A stretch of DNA of 32,000 bases from Aciduliprofundum boonei T469 (lineage in GTDB: Archaea; Thermoplasmatota; Thermoplasmata; Thermoplasmatales; Aciduliprofundaceae), in the NCBI RefSeq assembly GCF_000025665.1, contig NC_013926.1:1-32000 (forward strand). Reading direction: 5' to 3'. The notes under the pieces are model-generated. The model worked only from the letters and a program-made list of their open reading frames with translations. It was not told where the DNA came from and did not search any database. Made by a program: the position numbers and the translations under genes. This document shows, piece after piece, positions 1 to 7,922 of the stretch (within the stretch, counting starts at the first letter, position 1; each line of letters opens with the position of its first letter).

Positions 1-52
1 AAAAATCTTTTTTAACTTTCATATCATACCTACCTTTACTTCGGGTGGAATC

Positions 53-1300
53 ATGGGACAGGTGAACTTGTTTGAGAAGCACATGCGCAAACTCTCGCTT
101 TTTAAAGGAAACAGAGAGGCCCTATATCCAGATTACTTACCAGATTCTCTGCCACACAGGGAGAAGGAGATAGATAGATTAGCTGAAATTTTAGTAACCG
201 CGTTAGAGGGAAATAAACCTTCAAATGTGCTAATATTTGGAAAGACGGGGACTGGAAAGACGGCAGTAGTCAGATATGTGGGAAGGGAACTAAAAAGGGC
301 TGAAAAAGTGTATGCAAAGAAGAAAATTGAGTACATATATTTGAATTGTGAAACTGTTGATACCCCGTATTCCATCCTCCAAAATCTTGGAAACTATTTC
401 ATAGAAGATTGGGATGAGAAAATACCATTCACAGGTTGGCCCATGGACAAGGTTTTCTCCACGGTTAAGGAAAGAATTGATGAATGGAATGGGATAGTTG
501 TTTTAGTTCTTGATGAAATTGATAAGCTCGTGGCAAAGAGCGGAGATGATATCCTCTACCAACTTCTTCTTTTGGATTCTGAGATGAAAAATTCGAGGCT
601 AAGCGTTATAGGTATATCAAATGAGCTCAAATTCACCGATTTGCTAGACCCAAGGGTTAAAAGCAGGCTGGGGCAGGAAAAACTAATTTTCTCTCCCTAC
701 AATGCATTTCAACTCCAAGATATATTGTCTGAGAGAGTAAAAATAGCAGTTAAGGACGATGCTGTGAGCGATGAGGTAATAAGCATATGTGCAGCCATAG
801 CAGCGCAAGAGCACGGAGATGCAAGGAGAGCCATAGATTTACTGAGAATATCCATTGAGATTGCCGAGAGAGAAGGCGCTGAAAAAGTCACGGATAGACA
901 TGTCTATTTAGCAAAGAACAAGATTGAGATGGATTGCATAACTGAAGCCATAAAAACTCTCCCTCTTCATTCAAAGATCGTGCTTTTAGGAATTGCATTA
1001 AATGAGGAGGCAGGAAACAACACACTTACTACCGGGGAACTATATCACATTTATAGTACCCTTTCTAAGAGAATCGGAGCATCTCCCCTAACACAAAGAA
1101 GGGTATCTGATTTAATCTCAGACATGGACATGCTTGGATTGATTTCGACCAAGGTAAAATCATTTGGGAGATATGGAAGAACAAAGATAATAGAGTTAGC
1201 ACTTCCTGTGCAGGAAGTAAAGAAAATAATTTTTGAAGATGAATTTTTAGCTGAACTCAATGAGGTAAAATTGGCGTCTCAGAAAAAATTATTCTTTTAA
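53..1300 (+). CDS. cdc6: Orc1/Cdc6 replication initiator (AAA+ ATPase with C-terminal winged helix)
   Basis: 415-aa ORF. Walker A GKTGTGKT, Walker B VLVLDEID, an Orc1/Cdc6-style N-terminus (YLPDSLPHREKEIDRL) and a C-terminal wH-like segment (RRVSDLISDMDMLGLI). Confidence 0.93.
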   Translation: MGQVNLFEKHMRKLSLFKGNREALYPDYLPDSLPHREKEIDRLAEILVTALEGNKPSNVLIFGKTGTGKTAVVRYVGRELKRAEKVYAKKKIEYIYLNCETVDTPYSILQNLGNYFIEDWDEKIPFTGWPMDKVFSTVKERIDEWNGIVVLVLDEIDKLVAKSGDDILYQLLLLDSEMKNSRLSVIGISNELKFTDLLDPRVKSRLGQEKLIFSPYNAFQLQDILSERVKIAVKDDAVSDEVISICAAIAAQEHGDARRAIDLLRISIEIAEREGAEKVTDRHVYLAKNKIEMDCITEAIKTLPLHSKIVLLGIALNEEAGNNTLTTGELYHIYSTLSKRIGASPLTQRRVSDLISDMDMLGLISTKVKSFGRYGRTKIIELALPVQEVKKIIFEDEFLAELNEVKLASQKKLFF

Positions 1301-2116
1301 CCTCCTTAATTTTCTTTTTATTTCTTCTCTATGAGCAATTGCATAGTCAATACCCACAGAGCCTGCTACAAGTACAATAAGAGAAATGGCAAGATTCACA
1401 TTGGTGTTTGATGGTATCTCTTCGGTATTCGTATGTGTCAAATATAGTTTTATAGCGCCGAACCATGGAATTTCTCCCCTAGCTACACCCACAATCATAT
1501 TATAATTTACAAGATAGGGGCATATGGGAATGAAGCCGGAGGTACTCTGATCATAAGCACTAGGCCCAAATCTTGCCAGATTATGATCTCCCATTGTAAT
1601 AAACCCTTCCTTTCCAACAACATTGGGATTTAATTTCTGCAAATTTATGATTATTTTTTTGTGTTCATAACCCACATTATCAATTGTGATATAATCCTTA
1701 GTCACATGCAGCCAAGAAGGATAATTTCCATTTTCAAATCCTCTTATTTTCCATTCTTTTCCATTCCAATGCAGGTAAACTATGGCACGATGTATTATCA
1801 ACTCACCATGACATTTGTAAATTATAACATCTCCATAATCTCCATATGTTTCATATCCTTTCATTCTTCCTTCAACATAGCTTACAACATCATCTGCAGA
1901 ATAAACTTTCTTAACTATAACTATGTCTCCCGTATCTATAGTTCCTATATGAGATAAATCTCCATGCTGCATACTTCCAGATTCTATTACCACTATAGGA
2001 GGCCAAGTTTGAGCATAAGCATATAGAGAGAGAAAGATAACGAGAACTATTATGATTGAGATAACAACATCTTTAAATGTATCACGCCATAGATTTCCCT
2101 TATTATTTTCTTCCAT
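1289..2116 (-). CDS. Type I signal peptidase, archaeal/eukaryal Sec11-like (S26B), with N- and C-terminal TM helices
   Basis: ORF 1289..2182. Ser box ESGSMQHGD, His box IIHRAIV, Asp box ITMGDHN...YD. I place the start at ATG 2116 (MEENNKGN..) because the longer 5' extension would run through the TATA box of the divergent aIF5A gene. It overlaps cdc6 convergently by 12 nt. Confidence 0.8.
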   Translation of the reverse strand: MEENNKGNLWRDTFKDVVISIIIVLVIFLSLYAYAQTWPPIVVIESGSMQHGDLSHIGTIDTGDIVIVKKVYSADDVVSYVEGRMKGYETYGDYGDVIIYKCHGELIIHRAIVYLHWNGKEWKIRGFENGNYPSWLHVTKDYITIDNVGYEHKKIIINLQKLNPNVVGKEGFITMGDHNLARFGPSAYDQSTSGFIPICPYLVNYNMIVGVARGEIPWFGAIKLYLTHTNTEEIPSNTNVNLAISLIVLVAGSVGIDYAIAHREEIKRKLRRLKE

Positions 2117-2162
2117 TTTAGTGGATATTGGACACAAAAATAAAAATCTTTTGAAAGAAAAT

Positions 2163-2172
2163 CTATATAAAG
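2163..2172 (+). promoter_or_regulatory. TATA-box candidate for aIF5A (ctatataaag)
   Basis: AT-rich TATA-like element about 35 nt upstream of ATG 2204, with a weak SD (gaggg) at 2192-2196. Position and sequence only. Confidence 0.4.
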
Positions 2173-2203
2173 CGAATCCCATTTACCCTACGAGGGATTA
2201 AAA

Positions 2204-2599
2204 ATGTCATGGAGAGATGTTGAGGTTCGAGAACTCAAGGTTGGAGGATATATGGTTGTTGATGATGAGCCATGCAAGATAGTTGAAATGACCACAAGCA
2301 AGCCAGGGAAGCATGGAGAAGCAAAGGCAAGAATAGTCGCCATAGGGGTCTTTGATGGCCAGAAAAGAAGCTTGGTGTATCCTGTGAAGCACAAGGTAAA
2401 AGTTCCAATAATTGAAAAGAGAGATGCTCAGGTTCTCGCAGTCATGGGTGATGAAGTCCAATTGATGGACTCTGAAACCTTTGAGACATTTGAGTTACCT
2501 ATCCCCGAGGAGCTAAAAGACCAAATATCTCCGGGAAAGAATGTACAGTACTGGGAAGCATTGGGAAAAAGGAAGATAATGAAAGTTATGGGCGAATAA
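2204..2599 (+). CDS. eif5a: Translation initiation/elongation factor aIF5A
   Basis: 131-aa ORF. Hypusine-loop motif [15 protein letters not shown], with an N-terminal SH3-like half and a C-terminal OB-like half typical of aIF5A/eIF5A. Confidence 0.95.
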   Translation: MSWRDVEVRELKVGGYMVVDDEPCKIVEMTTSKPGKHGEAKARIVAIGVFDGQKRSLVYPVKHKVKVPIIEKRDAQVLAVMGDEVQLMDSETFETFELPIPEELKDQISPGKNVQYWEALGKRKIMKVMGE

Positions 2600-2601
2600 A
2601 T

Positions 2602-3474
2602 ATGCTTCTGCATTTTGCAGATGCGAATAAGAATTTTAACGAATCTTTTTTCATAATTTTTGGCGTTCCGTTTGATGGAACATCCTCTTATAGGCATGGT
2701 TCAAAATTTGCACCTGACGAGATAAGAAAAGCATCATATAACCTTGAAAGTTATGTTATGGAGCATAAAATTTCTCTCTCAGAACTCCCAATTCATGATA
2801 TGGGCGATATTGGAACCCTTGATGAATTTGGAAATGTAGAGGATGTAATCGATACAGTTTATTCCACAATGCAATCCATACTACCCAATAAATTTCCAAT
2901 AATGATTGGTGGGGAGCATTCAATAACCATCGGTGCTGCAAAGGCTCTAAAAAAATTAAATGCAGGTATAATATTCATAGACGCCCATGGAGATTTTAGA
3001 GATGAATATTTAGGAAATAAGTACAGCCACGCTTGCACTGCCAGAAGGGCATATGATATCTTAAATGGCAAAATAATTTCAATAGGAGTGAGATCAGCAT
3101 CTCAAGAAGAAGTTGAAGATGCAAAGGATTTGAATTACGAATGGATTGATTCATATGAATTTCAAAGATTGGGATGGAAAAGAACAATAAAAAAAGCCAT
3201 GGAAATATTGGATGTCCAGAAAGTATATTTATCTATCGATATAGATGGTATTGACCCAGCCTATGCTCCCGGAACAGGCACTCCTGAGTTCTTTGGATTA
3301 AGCCCTATGGATGTAAAAAACATCATAAATTTTCTCGCTCCCAATTTAATAGGTGCCGATATAACAGAAGTGTGTCCACCATATGATAATGGAAATACAT
3401 CCATATTGGCTGCACGCTTGGTTCAAGAAATTATAGCGGCAAAGTGGAATACTATGGAAGATAAGTTTAAATAA
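2602..3474 (+). CDS. speB: Agmatinase / ureohydrolase family (arginase fold); may act on agmatine or N1-aminopropylagmatine
   Basis: 290-aa ORF. Mn-binding ureohydrolase motifs IMIGGEHSIT, FIDAHGDFRDEY, LSIDIDGIDPAYAPGTGTPE. It starts 2 nt after the aIF5A stop. Confidence 0.9.
   Translation: MLLHFADANKNFNESFFIIFGVPFDGTSSYRHGSKFAPDEIRKASYNLESYVMEHKISLSELPIHDMGDIGTLDEFGNVEDVIDTVYSTMQSILPNKFPIMIGGEHSITIGAAKALKKLNAGIIFIDAHGDFRDEYLGNKYSHACTARRAYDILNGKIISIGVRSASQEEVEDAKDLNYEWIDSYEFQRLGWKRTIKKAMEILDVQKVYLSIDIDGIDPAYAPGTGTPEFFGLSPMDVKNIINFLAPNLIGADITEVCPPYDNGNTSILAARLVQEIIAAKWNTMEDKFK
3463..3474 (+). promoter_or_regulatory. Possible TATA-like element (aagtttaaataa) for the pilus operon, inside the 3' end of speB
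   Basis: Lies about 40 nt upstream of ATG 3509, and only a 34-nt intergenic gap is available. Co-transcription with speB is an equally good alternative. Confidence 0.25.
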
Positions 3475-3508
3475 CATTTCTCCCCTATGGTTAAGTGGTG
3501 TTGGGTTT

Positions 3509-4411
3509 ATGAGAAGAATCCGAAGGAAGGAGGAAGGTATAGCTTCAACGGTAGGCACTATATTCGCCCTTATGATATTCACATCCTTGCTCTCAATGTT
3601 TATGGTTCAGGTCGTGCCTGTACAAATTAAAGAGAACGAGGCAGAGCATGATATGGAAGTTCTATCTCAGCTCTCTCAACTTAGAAGTGTAATTGATATA
3701 CTCACTCTAACTAAAAATACAAATTACACAGCCTATGTTCCTATTAAACTCGGAGCTCCAGGGGTACCTGTGGTCGCTTCTCCCACATATGGGCAATTAT
3801 CAGTTTATCCTGCAGGACTTAATTCCACATACAATATGACAGTGAGTTTTGTAGACAACTATTCCAACTATGTTAGCTTGCATTCTCAGGGAAGTATACA
3901 ATTCACTGCCCCCAATAGATACTATGTACCTGAAACATTCTCCTATGAAAACGGAGCTATAATTAGGTATAATTTCTATGCAAAAAATGCGATTATGCCT
4001 ATTAAGCCAAATATGAAGTTCCAAAATGTGAGCGGCCATGTTAATGTGAGTATGACTATGGAAAACATATATGGACCCCCAGTCACAGTTACTGGAGTGG
4101 AAACAAGGAGTTTAGGAGTAACATTGCAAGGAGTTTACACCCAAACATACTTTCTAGGTGGAAAAGAACTAAATCTGACTATTAACGATACTTACTATTA
4201 TGGACTCATGCCATTGAATTTCACAAAGTATTGGATTCAAGAAATATCGAATATGCTCAATGAAAGCGGGATTTTATATACCGACAATCCCTCCTCGCTT
4301 CAAAACCCAAATTATCCATATTATACAATATCAGGCAATAAAATACAACTTTACAATGTTTGGAATGTTGTAGTTAGGATGGTGTATATTGAGGTAGAGG
4401 TGAGCTCCTAA
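3509..4411 (+). CDS. Type IV pilin-like protein (archaeal Pilin_N / class III signal peptide), probably heavily N-glycosylated
   Basis: 300-aa ORF. The N-terminus MRRIRRKEEG|IASTVGTIFALMIFTSLL fits the archaeal pilin pattern (acidic/basic leader, G/A, then [VI]-x-x-x-[VI]-G plus a hydrophobic helix). About ten N-x-S/T sequons. The stop overlaps the next ATG (TAATG). Confidence 0.65.
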   Translation: MRRIRRKEEGIASTVGTIFALMIFTSLLSMFMVQVVPVQIKENEAEHDMEVLSQLSQLRSVIDILTLTKNTNYTAYVPIKLGAPGVPVVASPTYGQLSVYPAGLNSTYNMTVSFVDNYSNYVSLHSQGSIQFTAPNRYYVPETFSYENGAIIRYNFYAKNAIMPIKPNMKFQNVSGHVNVSMTMENIYGPPVTVTGVETRSLGVTLQGVYTQTYFLGGKELNLTINDTYYYGLMPLNFTKYWIQEISNMLNESGILYTDNPSSLQNPNYPYYTISGNKIQLYNVWNVVVRMVYIEVEVSS

Positions 4412-6048
4412 TGATGCCCAAAGGAATAAAGAAATTGAATTTCTCAATATTTCAAGGCATCGTAAAACCCCAAGTTAAAATAAAAATCCCAAAATTCGAA
4501 GTCGGGAGAAGCAGTGATATCACTCCAATTCCCCCACTTGAAAAGGAAAATTACGAAACTGTTGAAGTTTATCCAGTTTATCCCCCTTATGTTTACACTC
4601 GAATAATATATGATAGGGAGGAGTATGAGTATATTTATGATTTAATAGAGCCACCTCTCACAGATGAAGAGCAGAGATTACTCGATGAGATAAATGATAC
4701 CCTTGATAGAACTCTAAAATATGAATGGGAGATTATGACCAACAAAGACAGAGAGCAATATTTAAGGGAGAGTGTAGACAGTTTCTTAAGGAGTAGAGAT
4801 ATAAAGATAGATAAAATATCAAAGGAGAGAATACTCTATTATGTTGTTAGGGACCATGTGGGTTATCAGAAAATCGAGGGATTAATTAGGGATGAATACA
4901 TAGAGGACATATCATGCGATGGTGTTGGCGTTCCCATTTATGTCTTTCATAAAAAATATCAGTCCATTAAAACTAAATTGGTATACAAGGATGATGATGA
5001 GCTTAACTCTTTCATAGTGTATATCTCCCAGAAATGTGGAAAGCAGATATCTGTAGCAGAGCCCATATTGGATGGAACAACTGCCGAGGGGCATAGAGTA
5101 CAAGCCACCTATGGAAGAGAAGTCACTACTAGAGGGGGAACTTTTACTATCAGAAGATTCAAAGAGAAGCCATTTACTCCCACAGAGTTAGTTTTATTTG
5201 GCACTGCATCCCCAGAGATTGTTGCATATCTTTGGTTGATGGTTGAGCATGGGGAGAGTGCCATAGTCATCGGAGGTCCAGCTTGTGGAAAAACCTCCAC
5301 GCTTAATGCATTCTCTATGTTCATACCTCCAACCGCGAAGATTGTTAGTATAGAAGATACAAGAGAAATAAACCTTCCACATCAAAACTGGATTCCAGGT
5401 ACAACCAGGAGTGGTATAGGTGAGGCATCCATAACAGGTAAATCTGCAGGAGAAATTGATATGTACGATTTAGTTAGGGCTGCATTGAGGCAGAGACCTA
5501 ACTACATAATTGTGGGAGAGGTTAGAGGTAAAGAAACATATACAATGTTTCAAGCAATGGCCACAGGACATACCACATACTCAACGATGCATGCAGATTC
5601 TATTGTTTCTATGATTCATAGACTTGAAAATCCACCAATAAACTGCCCGAGAATTCTTATGACCGCATTAAACAATGTCATTATTCAGAAAATAGTGAGA
5701 ACGAAGGAAGGAATCACTAGGAGGATTACACAGCTCGTGGAGAATGTTGGGTTTGAGCCAGAAACAAATGAGTTAATAACAAATGTGGTTTTTGAATGGG
5801 ATCAGGCCAGGGATACGCACAAATTCAAAGGGCATAGTTATCTATTTGACAAGATAATGACTATGAAGAACATGACCCATAACGAAATGATGGAGGAATT
5901 TGAAAGAAGAGTTGATATAGTAAAATATTGGGTTAAAAAAGAGATTTTAGATTTCAGAGATATCTGGAAAACAATAGCCAATTATTACAAGGATCCAATA
6001 GGAACTGCAGAAGAAGCACGTCTCAAACTTGGGGAGGTGAAAAGTTGA
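4411..6048 (+). CDS. Type IV filament assembly ATPase, FlaI/EpdL/TadA-like (ATPase-1)
   Basis: 545-aa ORF. FlaI-like N-domain (YIYDLIEPPLTDEE), Walker A GGPACGKTS, Asp box SIEDTREINLP, Walker B IIVGEVRG, His box ATGHTTYSTMHA. Confidence 0.9.
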   Translation: MMPKGIKKLNFSIFQGIVKPQVKIKIPKFEVGRSSDITPIPPLEKENYETVEVYPVYPPYVYTRIIYDREEYEYIYDLIEPPLTDEEQRLLDEINDTLDRTLKYEWEIMTNKDREQYLRESVDSFLRSRDIKIDKISKERILYYVVRDHVGYQKIEGLIRDEYIEDISCDGVGVPIYVFHKKYQSIKTKLVYKDDDELNSFIVYISQKCGKQISVAEPILDGTTAEGHRVQATYGREVTTRGGTFTIRRFKEKPFTPTELVLFGTASPEIVAYLWLMVEHGESAIVIGGPACGKTSTLNAFSMFIPPTAKIVSIEDTREINLPHQNWIPGTTRSGIGEASITGKSAGEIDMYDLVRAALRQRPNYIIVGEVRGKETYTMFQAMATGHTTYSTMHADSIVSMIHRLENPPINCPRILMTALNNVIIQKIVRTKEGITRRITQLVENVGFEPETNELITNVVFEWDQARDTHKFKGHSYLFDKIMTMKNMTHNEMMEEFERRVDIVKYWVKKEILDFRDIWKTIANYYKDPIGTAEEARLKLGEVKS

Positions 6049-7043
6049 AACTCTTTGCCAAATTATTTGCAAAATACGCACCCACTCCTCCAAACAGACC
6101 CTATAAAGTGAAATTACCTAAGGGCTCATTGCCCACATACATAAATTTAGATCCATACCATAAATTGGCTTGGAAGCTCATGGGAAAAATGGCAGAAAAA
6201 TCTGTGAAAAAGAAGAAATTCTCCAAACTCGAAATGGATTTACTTAAAGCGCATATTCTTTTAAGGCCTCAGGAATACCTTGCATATGTATATTTTACCA
6301 CACTCTTAGTTGGAGTCATAGGCATAGTTATGGCAGCTATGCTCGTTCTTATGGGGCTATCCCTCGGAAATAAAATGATTACTATTTTGTTTCTCTTAAT
6401 AGGAATATTTATGATGGTAATTATTCCAATAATGACATACTTCTCCCTGATCTCATCCCCTGCATCTAAAGCCAAGAAAAGGGCCAAAGATATTGATACT
6501 CATCTTCCAACAGCTGTGAATTTCATTGCCGCATTATCATCGGCGGATGTTACCGTGGCCTCAATTTTCAAAGAGCTATCAACAAGAAAAGAGTATGGAG
6601 AGATAGCAAAAGAGGCAGAATGGATTACAAGAGATACAGAGCTTCTGGGAAAGGATATACTCACGGCAATTGAAGAAGCGTCTAGGAGGAGTCCTTCAGT
6701 GAAATGGCAAGAATTTCTGCAAGGAGTTATAACAACTGCAACTTCAGGAGGTAGGCTAAAGCCATTCTTTATGTCCAAATCAGAAGAGTACGAGAAAGAA
6801 AAAAGATTGATGTTAAAGAAAAATATGGAGAGCTTGGGATTATTTGCAGAAATTTATGTAACTGTTGGTGTTGCATTCCCCCTATTCTTAGTTGTTATAA
6901 TAGCAATAATGGCACTTATAAATAAGAATAGTGCAGCAAGTACGGTTATGCTTTTAGAAATAATCGTTGTAGTTATGATTCCTGTTCTAATCTTCGTATT
7001 TAGCTACTTCATATACAGCACGAGTAAGGAGGTGGCGGAATGA
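6045..7043 (+). CDS. Type IV filament platform protein, single T2SSF domain (TadB/EpdJ-like half of FlaJ/PilC)
   Basis: 332-aa ORF. TTG start at 6045 sits behind GGAGGTGA (6033-6040) and overlaps the upstream stop (TTGA). One cytoplasmic T2SSF-like domain (HLPTAVNFIAALSSADVT...GKDILTAIEEASRR) is flanked by TM helices. Confidence 0.8.
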   Translation: MKLFAKLFAKYAPTPPNRPYKVKLPKGSLPTYINLDPYHKLAWKLMGKMAEKSVKKKKFSKLEMDLLKAHILLRPQEYLAYVYFTTLLVGVIGIVMAAMLVLMGLSLGNKMITILFLLIGIFMMVIIPIMTYFSLISSPASKAKKRAKDIDTHLPTAVNFIAALSSADVTVASIFKELSTRKEYGEIAKEAEWITRDTELLGKDILTAIEEASRRSPSVKWQEFLQGVITTATSGGRLKPFFMSKSEEYEKEKRLMLKKNMESLGLFAEIYVTVGVAFPLFLVVIIAIMALINKNSAASTVMLLEIIVVVMIPVLIFVFSYFIYSTSKEVAE

Positions 7044-7912
7044 ACAAGGAAAAACTTATATTTTATGTGTCTGCATTTATAGCTGCAATATTCATAAGTA
7101 TTGGAATAATGCTCTACCTCAAAAAAACTAATATTTTTGGCCTAATCCCCCTTGATTTTATAGTTATAGGTACATCTGCATTCTTATTTGGACCTGGAAT
7201 ATACGATATGCTCCATACAAGGAAAATAAAGAAGATGGAAGAGAGATTTCCGGATTTCCTCAGGGATGTGGCAGAATCCTCAAGATTTGGTATGACCCTT
7301 GCAGACTCCATCGTAGTGGCTTCTTCTGGCAAATATGGGGCCCTTACAGACGAGATAAAGAGAATGGCTTCAAAGATAAGTTGGGGAGTTCCAGTTAAGG
7401 ACGCACTGCTATCATTTAACGAAAGGGTTAAAACTCCACTGATAGACAGAATAACGGCAATAATAATAAAATCAAACGAAGCCGGAGGTAATATTGCAGA
7501 TGTTCTCTCAATGGTTGCAAGAAATGCAAGGGAATCTCAATTAGCTGCTAAAGAGAGAAACATAGAGATGTTTACCTATGGTTTTGTTCTCCTAACTTCA
7601 TTCTTTGTTTTCTTAGCAACTATTATAATTCTAAACAACTCATTTCTACCAGAGATGGGCAAAGCAGGTATGGCTGTAGAGGAGAGCTTTAAAAAGGCAT
7701 CCGTTGCCGGTGCTTTACCCGGAGGGGGTATAGCATACGAATATGTCCCAATAATAACCCTGTTATTTGTAATAGCGACCATAATCCATGGGGTTGGAGA
7801 TGGAATAATGATAGGCATACTCTCAGATGGAAGAGTAAAAAGTGGCTTCGTATGGGCCTTTGTTCTTCTTGCCTCGGGATACTTCATTCTAAGGCTATTG
7901 GGGGCCGTATGA
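7040..7912 (+). CDS. Type IV filament platform protein, single T2SSF domain (TadC/EpdK-like half)
   Basis: 290-aa ORF. ATGA overlap with the upstream gene, SD AAGGAGGTGG (7026-7035). A second single T2SSF-like domain (RFPDFLRDVAESSRFGMTLADSI...GVPVKDALLSF...GGNIADVL) plus TM helices. Confidence 0.8.
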   Translation: MNKEKLIFYVSAFIAAIFISIGIMLYLKKTNIFGLIPLDFIVIGTSAFLFGPGIYDMLHTRKIKKMEERFPDFLRDVAESSRFGMTLADSIVVASSGKYGALTDEIKRMASKISWGVPVKDALLSFNERVKTPLIDRITAIIIKSNEAGGNIADVLSMVARNARESQLAAKERNIEMFTYGFVLLTSFFVFLATIIILNNSFLPEMGKAGMAVEESFKKASVAGALPGGGIAYEYVPIITLLFVIATIIHGVGDGIMIGILSDGRVKSGFVWAFVLLASGYFILRLLGAV

Positions 7913-7922
7913 GGTGATATAG

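Noticed and set aside
1-52. Replication origin (ORB/mini-ORB repeats) upstream of orc1/cdc6
   Set aside because: Only 52 nt are visible upstream and I see no repeated ORB-like element in them. An origin may lie just outside the window but cannot be supported here.
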